This document shows, one piece after another, positions 39,355 through 54,399 of a stretch of 64,000 bases of DNA. Numbering within the stretch: position 1 is the stretch's first letter; each line of letters opens with the position of its first letter. The stretch lies in contig OZ024761.1 in the NCBI GenBank assembly GCA_964016885.1, positions 29,140,001 through 29,204,000 of the forward strand, in the 5' to 3' direction. The stretch is from Eledone cirrhosa (Eukaryota). The translations under genes and the position numbers were made by a program. A model generated the notes under the pieces. The model had not been told where the DNA came from. It ran no database searches and worked only from the letters and a program-made list of their open reading frames with translations.

Positions 39355-39770
39355 TAATGTAAAGTTATGTTGGTGCCACAACATCCAGGCTGAAACAAAT
39401 GAGATCGTGTAGGTGTCACGACAAAAAAACACACAGTCCACGCTGTAATGTGGCCGTGTAGGCAACACGGTAAAAAAAACCCAGCCCCACACTGTAAACG
39501 TGGTTGGTGTTAGGAAGGGCATCCAGCTGTAGAAAACCCGCCAGACAGTCCACGCTGTAATGTGGCCGTGTAGGCAACACGGTAAAAACCTCCCAGCCCC
39601 ACACTGTAAATGTGGTTGGTGTTAGGAAGGGCATCCAGCTGTAGAAAACCCGCCAGACAGTCCTATGCGAGCAAGACAATCACTCTTGCCTCAAGTGGGA
39701 AAACCCCCGTCCAAACCCATGCAAGCGTGGAACACGGACGTTAAACGATGATGATGATGATGATGATGAT
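39355..39770 (+). mobile_element. RTE LINE 3' UTR fragment with an internal ~110-bp tandem duplication
   Basis: Same UTR family as 46086-46490; the block acagtccacgctgtaatgtggccgtg...gtagaaaacccgccag occurs twice; (ATG)n tail. Confidence 0.8.
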
Positions 39771-39979
39771 ATATATATATCCATATATATACACACACAC
39801 ACATACATATATGTCCGTGTGTGTATGTGCCAGATCTGTTTCTAAACCAGATGCTATGCTGTATACATCTTTTGTATTACTCCAGTTGTTATGTGTTTAA
39901 CACAATTTACTTTTCTCATAATCATGACACTTCAGGATGGATACAAGATGAAAGTAAATAAAGATTCTAAAACTCTATC

Positions 39980-40049
<70 letters not shown>

Positions 40050-40050
40050 G

Positions 40051-40083
<33 letters not shown>

Positions 40084-40221
40084 GGAGAGAGAGAGAGAGA
40101 GAGAGAGAGTATGCATATCTGTTCATTTGTGTATGTGTCTCTTGAAATATATATATATATTCCATGCTAGCATGGAAGAATGGATGTAAAACGGTGATGA
40201 TATATATATATACATATATAC

Positions 40222-40271
<50 letters not shown>

Positions 40272-40882
40272 GTGTGTTTCTGTTTGTCTACGAGCATAAA
40301 CATGCATGTATCTATATATACATACATAGATACATATACATACATACATATATATACATACATATATACATATATATACATAAATATATACATACATATA
40401 TATATGTGTGTGTGTGTGTGTATATATACATACATACACACACATATATATATATATATATATACATATATGCCTATGTGTGCACTTACACATACATGTA
40501 TATATATAAACACATTATATATATATATGTGAGAGTGTGTATAAGAGAGAGATTTAGGTAGAAATAAAATGGTCCAGAAGAGAAACGGCAATGTTGCCAA
40601 ACTATCTCTGCTTGTCATTCTTATCCAACAGTGAAACCAGTTGTGGTGGATGGACACTGCTCCACCACCACCACTACTACTACCACCTTCACCACCACCA
40701 CCTTTACCAACACTATCACCTCTACCACCACCACCACCACCACTACTACCACCACCTTCCACAATCACAACCATCACCAGCACCATCACAATCACCATCA
40801 ACAACATCACAATAACCACCAACACCATTACACAACCACTACCACCCCAGCCACAAACACAACCACCATGACCCCCTTCACC

Positions 40883-40914
<32 letters not shown>

Positions 40915-42924
40915 CCACCAAAACCATCACCACAACAACCACCATCACCACCACAACAACCACCATCACCACCACAACAACCACCATCACCATCACCACC
41001 ACAACCACCAAAACCATCACCACAACAACCACCATCACCACCACAACAACCACCAAAAACATCACCACAACAACCACCAAAACCATCACCACCACAACCA
41101 CCAAAATCATCACCACAACAACCACCATCACAACAACCACCATCACCACCACAACAACCACCAAAACCATCACCACCACCAAAACCATCACCACAACAAC
41201 CACCATCACCACCACAACAACCACCATCACCACCACAACAACTACCAAAACCATCACCACCACAACCACCATCACCACCACAATAACCACCAAAAACATC
41301 ACACCACCACAACCACCAAAACCATCACCACAACAACCACCATGACCAACACCACCGCAACCACAACCACAACCACCACCACCACCACATTAATTCCATG
41401 TTCCAAACACCACCCCAACACTCACCCCACCCACACCTTCTACAATTTTTGGAACCTGTTGGAACTGCTCCAGATTTATCAAGATTTTCCTGATTTTTAC
41501 ATTTTAGAAAATGGCAAATCTAACAAGTTGTATCTAAGGAAACACCAGAAGCCAATTGATAGAACGCCAGACTATCTGTATTGATGGATGTATGTGTGTG
41601 TGTGTGTGTGTTGGTGTGTGTGTGTTGGTGTATATTGGTGTGTGTGTGTGTTGGTGTGTGCCTGTGTGTGTATTGGTGTGTGTCTGTGTGTGTATTGGTG
41701 TGTGTCTGTGTGTGTGTTGGTGTGTGTCTGTGTGTTGGTGTGTATCTGTGTGTGTGTGTATGTGTTGGTGTGTGTCTGTGTGTGTATGTGTTGGTGTGTG
41801 TGTGTTTGTCTGTGTATGTGTGTGTGTTGGTGTGTGTCTGCGTGTGTGTGTGTTGGTGTGTATCTGTGTATGTGTTGCTGTGTGTTGGTGTGTGTATGTG
41901 TTGGTGTGTGTATGTGTTGGTGTGTGTCTGTGTATATGTGTGTGTGTTGGTGTGTATCTGTGTGTGTGTTGGTGTGTGTCTGTGTATGTGTTGCTGTGTG
42001 TTGGTGTGTGTGTATATGTTGGTGTGTGTCTGTGTGTGTGTTGGTATGTGTCTGTGTATGTGTGTGTGTTGGTGTGTGTCTGCGTGTGTCTATGTGTGTG
42101 TGTTGGTGCGTATCTGTGTGTGTGTTGGTGTGTGTCTGCATATGTGTTGGTGTGTGTTGATGTGTGTGTGTGTTGATATGTGTGTTGGTGTTTGTCTGTG
42201 TGTGTGTGTTGGTCTGTGTATGTGTTACTGTGTGTTGATGTGTGTATTGGTGTGTGTCTGTGTGTATGTGTTGGTGTGTCTGTGTTGGTGTGTAGGTGTG
42301 TGTGTGTTGGTGTGTGTGTGTCTGTGAATGTCTCTGTGTTTGCGAGCGTATGTATTGATGGTTGTGTCTGTCTGTGTTTGTCTGTGTGTGTATATAAGTA
42401 TTGATGGATGCATCTACAGGACTAGAACTGTTTCATTCGTTTGAAATCATCTAGACTTTCGTGGGTGTTAAGAAGGGCATCTAGCCATAGAAACCAAGAC
42501 AATATACAGATTCATATGAGCAACACCTGATCTGACTTGTCTTATTACATGACAAACACTCTGGCTCAAGCAAGTGTGGAAAATCAAAGTTAAACAATGA
42601 TGAAGACCCCCTCAGGTCACAAGTGTCCTAGAAAGTTTCTCTCTGAGGCACAAGTCTGGTCTGGGCAAGGTTGTTTTGAGGAAGACCAGACTCCCCTCTC
42701 CACCAACACTAACATCAACAGCAACAACACCACCACCACCACCACCACCAGTAACATCATCATAATCACCAGCAACACCACCACCACCAACAACATCATC
42801 ATCACCAGCAACACCAACAACAACACCACCAACAACACCAACACCAACACCACCAGCAACAAAAGCATATAACAATAACATCACCAACACCAACAATATC
42901 AACAACACCAACACCAACAATAAC

Positions 42925-42956
<32 letters not shown>

Positions 42957-44249
42957 CAACACCACCACCACCACCTCACCACCACCAACAACAACAACAA
43001 CAACACCACCAACAACAACAACAACACCACCACCAACAACATCACCAGCAATGACAACAACACCGACACCACCAACAGCACCAACAACAACATCAACACC
43101 AACACCACCAACAATAACACCAACACCACCACCAACAACAACACCAGCAATAACAACAACAACACCACCAACAACAACACCAACAACAACACAACCACCA
43201 ACAACACCACCAGCAATAACAACAACACCAACAACAACACAAACACCAACAACAACACAAACACCAACAACAACACCAGCAATAACAACACCAACACCAA
43301 GACAACCACCAACAACAACACCAGCAATAACAACAACAACAACAGCAATGACACCAACACCAACACCAACAACAACACCAACAACAATACAACGACCAAC
43401 AACAACACCAGCAATAATAACAACACCACCAACAACAACACCGACACTAACAACAACACAACCACCAACAACAACACCAACAACAACACAAACACCAACA
43501 CCAACAACAACACAAACACCAACAACAACACCAGCAATAACAACACCAACACCAACAACAAGACAACCACCAACAACAACACCAGCAATAACAACAACAA
43601 CAACAGCAATGACAACAACACCAACACCAACAACAACACCAACACCAATACAACCACCAACAACAACACCAGCAATAACAACAACAACACCACCAACAAC
43701 AACACCACCAACAACAACACAACCACCAACAACACCACCAGCAATAACAACAACAACACCACCAACAACAACACCACCAACAACAACACAACCACCAACA
43801 ACACCACCAGCAATAACACCAACACCAACAACAACACCAACAATAACACCAACACCAACACCGACACCACCAACAACAACACCGACACCGACACCAACAC
43901 CATCAACAAGACCAACAACAGAAGTGAGATGTGAGATGTGAGATGTGAGACAGTGAAATGAAAGTTGATGACAAATCTACAACTGTTATAACATTTAATG
44001 AAATATTATCTATTGCAATTCTAATTCTAATCAAAGACTCATCTCTACTTTCACTTTCAATATTGAATATTGCTACATTTCTTCATATTTCTGTCTCTGT
44101 GTGTGTGTGTATGTGTGTATATGTGTGTATATGTGCCTGTGTGTGTGTATGTTTTAGTATGCATATATATATATATGTCTAATATTGATGTCATAAAAAC
44201 ACATCTATATCTATCTGTAAATATATATATGTGTGCATGACTGTGTGTG

Positions 44250-44312
<63 letters not shown>

Positions 44313-44386
44313 ATATATGTATAAATATATATATATATATATATACACATGTCTAATATTGATGTCATGAACGCACAACAATTACA

Positions 44387-44430
<44 letters not shown>

Positions 44431-44453
44431 TGTATGTACATGCGTGTGTGTGT

Positions 44454-44485
<32 letters not shown>

Positions 44486-45165
44486 TTTACGTCCGCTTTT
44501 CCCTGCTTGCAAGACAAACAGATAATTTGTAAACATAATAACATATATTGAATAAATAAAATATGCACACACACATACATACACATATACAGATATAGAT
44601 ACAAGCACACAGTCATACACATAGCCATGGACACACACATACACACACATATCCAGATATAGATACAAGCACACAATGATACACATGGCATGGACACACA
44701 CATACACAGAGAAAAACATTCACACACATACAGACAAACAAAGCAGGTCACTATAAAAGGTTGAGGGGAAAATTTGGAATTTGAAATATGTGTGTGCCCC
44801 AACATAAATGAACACATTAATAGTCAATCACTATAAATAATAGTTGAGCAAATCATGTAAACTAACCCCTGGAGATTGTAAAATGTAAACAAAGGGAGAC
44901 TGCAAGGAATCAAACCCTGCATCTCTCAGATACAGGATGAACATGTTAACCACTACACTAAAAACATACTGGCTACCAATTCTGTCTTTTTAGAATATTT
45001 CAAGCCTGTAGCTAGAAGTATAATCAAAGCTGTTGACTTAAGAAGCATTGGTACCATTTTGTTACCCTATTTCTAATGAAAAACTCCGCTTAGAATTTTC
45101 TATTAAATTCTTAACGCTTTCATGACTATATTTCTAATGAAATAATACACTCCATTTCAATTAAA

Positions 45166-45547
45166 TAATTGTTTCTACTTTTGGCACAAGGCCAGCAAAT
45201 ATCCCAGTGTATTACTGGTACTTTATTTTATTGACCCCGTAAGGATGAAAGGCAAAGTTAACCTTGGCGGGATTTGAACTCAGACCATAAACGGCTGTAA
45301 CTCTTGGCTGCAAAGCATGGCGTCCGACCCTCTACCGATACTGCCAATCCAATGTCATCCAAAATAATTGTTTCTACTTTAGGCACAAGGCCAGCAATTA
45401 TCTCAGTGCATTACTGGTACTTTATTTTATCGACCCCGTAAGGATGAAAGGCAAAGTCAACCTCGGCGGGATTTGAACTCAGATCGTAAAGGGACGTAAC
45501 TATGCTGGAAAGCATGGCGTCCGACCCTCTACCGATACTGCCATCCA
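45166..45547 (-). mobile_element. Two tandem Meta-type SINEs
   Basis: Copies ~45166-45352 and ~45362-45547. Confidence 0.8.
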
Positions 45548-45714
45548 AAATAATGATGAATATTGAGGAGTTTACTAAAATTTTAATTATTTCACTACTA
45601 AGATAGTAACTTAATGTAAGATTCTTTTATAAAATTACGTTGGAATATTTTTCATTTAAATTGGAAACATTTAAAATGGATGGTTTTATTTTATAGAAGA
45701 GGAGTCAGTTTTGA

Positions 45715-46072
45715 AGAGAGTAGGCTGACGACTTCATAGACTGACTAATGAAGGAGTGGTGCTAGTGCTGTGAAATCTTGCATGCATTAGTTTCAATTCT
45801 TCTTACTAATAACTGCAATGTTTATTTCCAGGGACTACGTTGTGTTGTTCTCATAATAATGAAATTATTGTGTACAGTGCTCAGGTGCACCACAACTCAT
45901 CAAAGGTGCCTGTATAGTACATAGAATAATGTACAAATGTCAGGAAGTATGGAGGTTTTAAAGGATGCAGTGTCTCGGCAGCTAACAACTAACAATGTTG
46001 AAAAATAAAACTCATTTGGTCTTTCCATGAGAGTATCTTGGTCAGGCAATGAACTTTTCAGCCAACAACCAT
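45715..46072. mobile_element. mariner-like MITE, relative of 30323-30800
   Basis: Shares gaaggagtggtgctag..gcatgcatta and ccatgagagtatcttggtcag..aatgaacttttcagc. Confidence 0.6.
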
Positions 46073-46085
46073 ATATATATATATA

Positions 46086-47085
46086 TCATCATCATCATCG
46101 TTTAACGTCCATCTTCCATGCTTGCATGGGTTTGGGCGGGAGTTTTCCCACTTGAGGCAAAAGTGGTTGTCTTGCTCGCATAGGACTGTCTGGCGGGTTT
46201 TCTACGGCTGGATGCCCTTCCTAACACCAACCACGTTTACAGTGTGGACTGGGAGGTTTTTACCGTGTTACCTACACGGCCACATTACAGCGTGGACTGT
46301 GTTTTTTTTGTCGTGACACCTACATGACCTCATTTGTTTCGGACTGGATGTTGTGGTACCAACATAACTTTACATTGAAAGGGGTGGTGTGGATGGGGTG
46401 GGGGTAGTGGGACGGGGGTGTATTTTTGTTAGAGGTGCCTACTGACTATAGTAGGTTTCACTTTGTACTTAGGCAAGGCGGGTCTTCTGTATCACTGTGT
46501 AGCGCCAAAGATCTCGGTCCAGTGACATTGTCTTGGAGAGGTGTAAGTGTGTGAGGTCGGAATTTATCAAGTTGTCCCAGGTTTTTCTAGGTCTGCCTAC
46601 TCCGTGGCTACCGTCTATTTTTATTGCCCTGCACTTTTTTATACAGCTGTCGTCTTTCATGCGCATCACGTGACCATACCAACGTAGTCTTCTCTCGAGT
46701 AAACAACATCTGATCCCTCATATTTTTAATTTTTCCCTTAGTTCGTTTATACTTTGCCGTTCACGTATATTACTATTACACACCCAGCAGAGCATGCAAG
46801 CTTCATTCCTCTCCAGTCTGCGTATATCCTCTGCACACAATGCCCAGGTCTCACTGCTATGCAACATTGCTGTTCGTATGCAGGCATCATACAGCCTACC
46901 TTTCATTTTTAGAGAGAACCCTTTAGCGGCTAATAGTGGTATAAGCTCTCTGAACATTTTCCATCCAGTTCTGACTCTAGCTACTGTACTTTCAGAGCAC
47001 CCTCCACCACTGCTGATTTTGTCACCCAAGTAACGGAAGGTGTCCACTATTTCTATAGAACCATCTGTGCAATGGAATGAGCTAG
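46086..47085 (-). mobile_element. 5'-truncated RTE-clade LINE (RT C-terminus, 3' UTR, (ATG)n tail)
   Basis: FRYLGDKISSGGGCSESTVARVRTGW..KGRLYDACIRTAMLHSSETW..RRLRWYGHVMRM..GRPRKTW..DRDLWR with one in-frame stop near 46718. The 3' UTR runs into (CAT)n on the + strand. Confidence 0.9.
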
Positions 47086-47127
47086 TATTCTGTGGGCACT
47101 TGCTGCTACTTATTGCACCAGCAATAT

Positions 47128-47244
<117 letters not shown>

Positions 47245-47485
47245 GAGGTTATATTTAATGTGTTGGGATACAACAAGCAAAATATTTTTATAACTGATAT
47301 AAAGCACTCAACAAATTATTGGAGTAAATATACAATATATTAACAAATGGAAACTATATTTATTAAACCATATTTATTTCATTATACATATTTCAAGGGC
47401 CACCAGAGCAAACTATGGTGCGCTTTCATCAGATAAAATATAATATAGGTTAGTTTTATAAATAAATATATATATATATATATTC

Positions 47486-47675
47486 ATATAGAGATGGCTT
47501 CTCCAGGACTAGAAATGTTTCATTTGGGAGAAATCACCAGGAAAGCCCTGCTGATTTCTCCCGAATGAAACAGTTCTAGTACTGTAGAAGTCATTTCTAT
47601 ATTAAATATTTATACTCTGCTATATATTGAGTACCTTACTTACTTTGGTTACCTCTGATTGAACCCAGGATAAAC
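47486..47675 (+). mobile_element. HHR-family B fold-back repeat (partial relatives at ~37198-37265 and ~42405-42460)
   Basis: Palindrome 47486-47602 centred on aaagc; the right arm reads ..ccgaat GAAAC agttcta GTA ctgtag. Confidence 0.6.
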
Positions 47676-47816
47676 ACACACACATCATCATCATCATCAT
47701 CAGCACCGTTTTACGTCCGTTCTTCCATGCTAGCATGGGTTAGACGGGTTGTCCTGTTGTGAGCAGTGTCTGGTCGGCTGACCATGCCTTGCTCATACAG
47801 GAACTGATATATATAT

Positions 47817-48032
47817 ATAGGAAAATGTATGACCCCGAGGGCAGAGCTCAAGCCGTTTCAACGGCTATTTCCTGGACTATTTCAGACTATTTCAGTCCAG
47901 GAATAGCCGTCAAAACGGCTTGGGCTCTGCCATCGGGGTCATACATTTTCCTATTACCCACTCTACTACCCTAAGTATTGAGTACTCTGGTGCGTTATGG
48001 TCCATCTGGTTCCTTACCACAACTCCTTCGCT
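47817..48032 (+). mobile_element. HHR-family A fold-back repeat in (TA)n
   Basis: Arms taggaaaatgtatgacccc / ggggtcatacattttccta co-vary relative to the other copies; shared tail present. Confidence 0.8.
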
Positions 48033-48106
48033 ACATATATATATATATATATATATATACAGTGACGAAACATAAGTCAATTGCATGAACTCATAATCCT
48101 TTATTT

Positions 48107-48162
48107 ACTGCTATATATATTTCGATGATAGCCATTGAATGGCTATGACCTCATCAGGCAGT
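48107..48162 (-). ncRNA. Type I hammerhead ribozyme (PLE-type), core intact
   Basis: Minus strand reads actgc CTGATGA GGTCATAGCCAT-TCA-ATGGCTATCATC GAAA TATAT ATA gcagt: 5-bp stem I, long stem II, palindromic stem III, AUA cleavage triplet. Confidence 0.8.
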
Positions 48163-48601
48163 TAGTCAGTTCTTAGATATGCCAGCTCTGTGTGTAGAGT
48201 GTTGATGGTATCAGAGCATTGGGACATATGTATATATATATATTTAAATATATATACATGAAGATTGCATGTGATAAGAATGGCCTTTTGAATCTCAAAT
48301 ACAGTTCAATTTTGCCAGCTCAGGAGACATGAGCAGCATGAAATAAAGTGTCTTGCTCAAGGACACAACACACTGTTAGGAATTAATCTCTCAATCATAC
48401 TTTTGAATGCCCAAGGACTCTGACCATTAAGCCAGATATCTTAAAGTGTGCATGTGTATGCATGTTTATGTAAGTGTTTATGAAGCTATATGTGTGGGTG
48501 TGTGTGTATGTGTGTATGTGTGTGTGTGTGCATGTGTAGGAATGTATATTACTCTGATGTTAATCTTGTGAGTTTTCTTCTCAATTAGATTCCTCTCTCT
48601 T

Positions 48602-48687
<86 letters not shown>

Positions 48688-48962
48688 CCACTCACATGCA
48701 AGGTTGAAAAGGTGGACATGAAATGATGATAATGTATATATATATATATATCATCATCATCATCATCATCATCATCTTCATTTAACGTCCATCTTCCATG
48801 CTAGCATGGGTTATATATATATATATATGTGTGTATATAAATATTTGTATATATATATATATATGTATATAAATACATATATGCATATAAATAAATATAT
48901 ATATATATAATATATATATATATATAAATATATATGCATATAAATATATATAATATATATAT

Positions 48963-49083
<121 letters not shown>

Positions 49084-49609
49084 AACATATATACATATAT
49101 ATATTATATATCAATGTCGTTGTTGTAGAGAATTTCTCCTTCAAGATTTTTATCACAGCAACCTCCCAGATTTGATTATTTGCCAGGTGAGGTGCAGGTG
49201 AGGAGAGGGGAGAGGAGAAGGCAGAGGTTCTACAGGTTTGTTTAAGTAGCATCTCTGGAAAAACAGTAATTAGGTTTCTAGCTCTAAGTCTTGCCTTCCA
49301 TCGAATTAAGTTTCAATACCATTCTGATATCACACACACACACACACACACACTTCACTTACACATATGCATATATACTCATATACATATACACATCACA
49401 CATGCATACCTGCACACATACATAGAGGCACACATAAACATATACATACACACATGTATACACGCAAATATATATATATATAAATATACACACACACACA
49501 GATACATATATATATATATGTCTATATACACACATAATACGTCTCACATACATTCCTACAGACATACATAGAGGCACACATAAACATATACATACACACA
49601 TGTACACAC

Positions 49610-49678
<69 letters not shown>

Positions 49679-49786
49679 GATATAGATATATATATATATA
49701 TACACATATACACGTCTCACATACATACCTACACACATACATAGAGGCACACATAAACATATACATACACACATGTACACACACAA

Positions 49787-49817
<31 letters not shown>

Positions 49818-49848
49818 TATATATATATACACACACACACAGATACAT

Positions 49849-49879
<31 letters not shown>

Positions 49880-50129
49880 CACGTCTCACATACATACCTA
49901 CACACATACATAGAGGCACACATAAACATATACATACACACATGTACACACACACACACATATGTATCTACACACATATATATACCTACACATACATAGA
50001 AGCGCACATAAACATATATATACACACATATGCATATCTCTCTACACACATACACATATACATACACACATACACATATCTCTACACATACACATACGTA
50101 CATACACACGCACATGCAAACATGTACAC

Positions 50130-50860
50130 ACACACACACCTACACATACATAGAGCCACGCTTAAACACATACACATATACAAACTCCTGTACACACACC
50201 TACACATACATAGAGCCACGCATAAACACATACACATATATATACATACAAATATACATACACCTACACATACATAGAGCCACGCATAAACACATACACA
50301 TATATACACATACTCATATACAAACTCATGTACACACACCTACACATACATAGAGCCACGCATAAACACATACACATATATATACATACACATATACATA
50401 CAACTACACATACATAGAGCCACGCATAAAGACATACACATATATATACATACACCTACACATACATAGAGCCACGCATAAACACATACACATATATACA
50501 CATACTCATATACAAACTCATGTACACACACCTACACATACATAGAGCCACGCATAAACACATACACATATATATACATACACATATACTTACACCTACA
50601 CATACATAGAGCCACGCATAAACACATACACATATATATACATACACCTACACATACATAGAGCCACGCATAAACACATACACATATACATACAACTACA
50701 CATACATAGAGCCACGCATAAACACATACACATATATACACATACTCATATACATACACCTACACATACATAGAGCCACGCATAAACATATTCACATATA
50801 TATACATACACATATACATACACCTACACATACATAGAGCCACGTATAAACACATACACA
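50130..50860. repeat. CA-rich minisatellite with core cctacacatacatagagccacgcataaacac
   Basis: About 13 copies with variable spacers. Confidence 0.85.
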
Positions 50861-51007
50861 TGTACATACACATGTACACACACACACACACACACACATA
50901 CAAGACAGTGGACACATCCCCACCATTTTAGCTAGAAACCCTACTTCAGTTAAGGAGGACTTCATCCGACTCAAGTGTTTCACCTTTCTCATTGTTTTGT
51001 CACCTCC

Positions 51008-51040
<33 letters not shown>

Positions 51041-51111
51041 CACACACACACATATATATATACATATATATATATATACACACACATATATATATACATA
51101 TATATATATAT

Positions 51112-51182
<71 letters not shown>

Positions 51183-51396
51183 CACATGGGAGTCATGTCT
51201 GTGTGCATATATATTTATATAAGAGAATAGTCATGTGTGTGTGTGTGTGTTATGTCACTTTATTTGTTACATTACATTATAGCCATCGCCATCTTTTATT
51301 TCTTCTGTCAGATAGCATTCAATGACAACTGCTGTACAAGCAAAGATACATGTACACCTGTGTCTATATATACATATATATATATACATATATATG

Positions 51397-51433
<37 letters not shown>

Positions 51434-51526
51434 ATATATATAAAAGAAAAGTCAACATGGCAAGACAACACATGAAAACAATACAGTACACTGATAATAC
51501 ATTAGTTTAATATTTGATATCAAAAC

Positions 51527-51677
51527 ATGGACGGAGGTGGTGAGAGTTGATCTCAGATCGCTGAAGCTCACGGAGGAGATGACGAAGGACCGTGACAAGT
51601 GGAGAGATGCTGTGCTGAATAGGACCCAACCCACCTTGCAAGCAGGGAAAAGCAGACGTATGATGATGATGATGATG
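51527..51677 (+). mobile_element. RTE LINE extreme 3' fragment
   Basis: VRVDLRSLKLTEEMTKDRDKWRDAVLNRT plus (ATG)n tail. Confidence 0.8.
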
Positions 51678-52319
51678 AGGAAAGAGCCAAAGAGTTTTAA
51701 CCTGCTGACTGCTGCATATATTTTACAACCTACAGTTTTGTTTTTTTTTCAATAAAATAACTATTTTTTAAACAAACATTCACAACACATATCTGAATGA
51801 TTGACAAATGTCACATCAATAAACTAGTAACCCCATCTAGCTTTGAAGTTATGAACTTTTGGAAATGTCTCGACTGTGGCACTGGAATGCATACATGTTA
51901 GGATGAGTTATCTCGTCTAAGGCATCTTTCGGACACTAATCCTTCATCAAAATATAGAATAAGAAAGAGGAAAGAGAGGTTGCTTGGGAGAGATAAGAAG
52001 AAAAACAAAGGTAGATGATATTAAGAAAAGAAAGAAAGTGAGAAAAAAGATAAATAGGAGAGAATGTATGTGTTGTTGTATGTATCATATACAGTAGTAG
52101 ACTGTATACGATATATACAGTCTACTACTGATGTTCACAGTTGGATTGATCAACCATTTCATATTCCATAGTAAGTAACTAAGTATTTTTCAGTTACCAG
52201 GTCTGTTAGTCAAAACCAGGTTTAACACTCTGACATCTTCGAAATATGTATAATAGAATAATGTAATAAAAGGATGTACGAATAAAACTGTCTCCCTTAT
52301 TCGTAATATATATATATCT

Positions 52320-52602
52320 AAAAGTCTAAAGTATGTCTTAAGAGAGAAAGCTCATTTGGCCAGTGCTTATCCTGGTTACATGGTGTGAAGTGACTGAGAG
52401 TACAAGACTCCCCCCTGGAAAGGATGCCAATCCATTGTAAGGTTAAACCCCCAGCTATTGCAGGTACTCATTTTCAGCTGAGTATACTGGAGCAACGGGA
52501 AATGAAGTGTTTTGTTCAAGAACACAACACGCAACCCAGGAATCGAACTCACAACATTATGATCATAAGTCCAACACCCTTACCACTAGGCCACGTGCCT
52601 CC
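52320..52602 (-). mobile_element. CORE-type SINE family 2
   Basis: Reverse-complement homologue of 28068-28346. Confidence 0.8.
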
Positions 52603-53239
52603 ATAATATACATATATATATATACATATACACACACACACACACACACATATATGAGTGTTGGCTGAACTTTTTACTCAAACCTCGTACTGTGTCTTGT
52701 TAAATCTCCCTGAGAATAACGTAAAGGGGACATGTGTTTGTCAAATGTTCGCTAACTTGCACTTTAATTTTATACTTAATTCACCTTTGTTCAGAAATAT
52801 GTTGTTGCTTATACACTATAACTGAATCACATTAAAACTTCGAAATCTTTAGTTCACTTCAAATTTTGCCAACAGCCTGCCTTCTAGAAAAGATACTATA
52901 AACATTTGTATTAAAACACTCGTTTTTAGATATTTCCTGTTAAATAATTACAGGATGTTATGAGTTAAGCTGCTGTTTGGAATATAACTAGTAGCTTCTT
53001 GCATATAATTATCATCAAAGGTGTTTAAATAAATACAAACACCCTGAGTATGTATGCAAGTATGTATGTATATATGTATATGAATGCATGTATGAATGTG
53101 TATGTGTGTATGAATGTGTATGTGTGTATGAATGTATATGTGTGTATGTGTATGAATGTATATATGTATGGATGTATGTATATATATGTGTGTATATATG
53201 TATAAATGTGTGTAATTGTGTCTATGCGTTTGAATATTG

Positions 53240-54081
53240 GGTGCTAGAATGTTTGCCCCTTGTTAGATTCTCAGTCTTCTACAAAACTTCCTGAAAGAAG
53301 ATCAGTTCTGGTAGCTAAATAGCTGCAGTGATACAACATGGACATATTGGTCTTGTCTGAAACGAGACTCTCTGAAGAAGGCCACCTCACAGAACCATCT
53401 GGTGGTTACACCTTTTATTGGAGAGGATGAGCAGAAGGATGCAAGAGGGAAGCAGGTGTAGCCATTTGCCATTAAGAATTCTCTAGTTTCTAAGCTAGAA
53501 GAGCTTCCATGTGGATTAACTGATGGTCAATGAGAATTCCATTATCAAAGAACAGATTTGTCTCTCTATTAAATATATATGCTCCAACCATGAGTTCCTC
53601 TGGGGATGTAATACTCTCTCTTTTATCTCTCACTTAAGCAACTAATCAGCATGTTTCCTCAGGTTGATAAAGTTGTCATTCTAGCTGACTGTACAACGTG
53701 AGAGTTGATAAGTATTATGAAACCTGGGATATGCTTGGAAAACATGGAAATGGAAGGTGCATTAGCAATGGTTTGCTACTGCTACAAATGTGTCAGGAGT
53801 TGCATCTGTGCATAGCAAACACCTAGTTTCAGCAACAAGATAAATACAAAACCATCTGGATGCACCCAGGTTCAAAGCAGTGGTACATGAGAGATTATGT
53901 TCTTGTTTGTAGGTGTGATGTTTGTGATGTGTGCAGTGTCAGGATTATGTGGGGAGCTGAATGTTGGACTGATCCCTGCCTGGTTTGTGCAAAGGTGAAG
54001 TGTGCTGTGAAAGAAAAGGTTAGGATCTGTGGTCTGACTATACCAAAGAAAGTAAATATGCCTTGTCTAAAAGATGATGCC
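53240..54081 (+). mobile_element. Decayed RTE (BovB-like) LINE apurinic endonuclease region, cut by the assembly gap
   Basis: Frame fragments YNMDILVLSETRLSEEGHLTEPSGGYTFYWRG, LLNIYAPTMSS, LGKHGNGRCISNGLLLLQMC, KTIWMHPGSKQWYMRDYVLV..GAECWTD, with several stops and frameshifts. Confidence 0.85.
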
Positions 54082-54281
54082 NNNNNNNNNNNNNNNNNNN
54101 NNNNNNNNNNNNNNNNNNNNNNNNNNNNNNNNNNNNNNNNNNNNNNNNNNNNNNNNNNNNNNNNNNNNNNNNNNNNNNNNNNNNNNNNNNNNNNNNNNNN
54201 NNNNNNNNNNNNNNNNNNNNNNNNNNNNNNNNNNNNNNNNNNNNNNNNNNNNNNNNNNNNNNNNNNNNNNNNNNNNNNNNN
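54082..54281. other. Assembly gap (200 N)
   Basis: Run of N; the round length suggests a scaffolding placeholder. Confidence 1.
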
Positions 54282-54399
54282 TGGACAGACATTTGAAAAA
54301 TAAGTGACAAAGAGAGAATCATTTGCAGAAACAAAGTCCAATAAGACTTTTGAAATTCAAACAGAATAAATATTGTTTAATAAATAAACAAAAAAAAAA

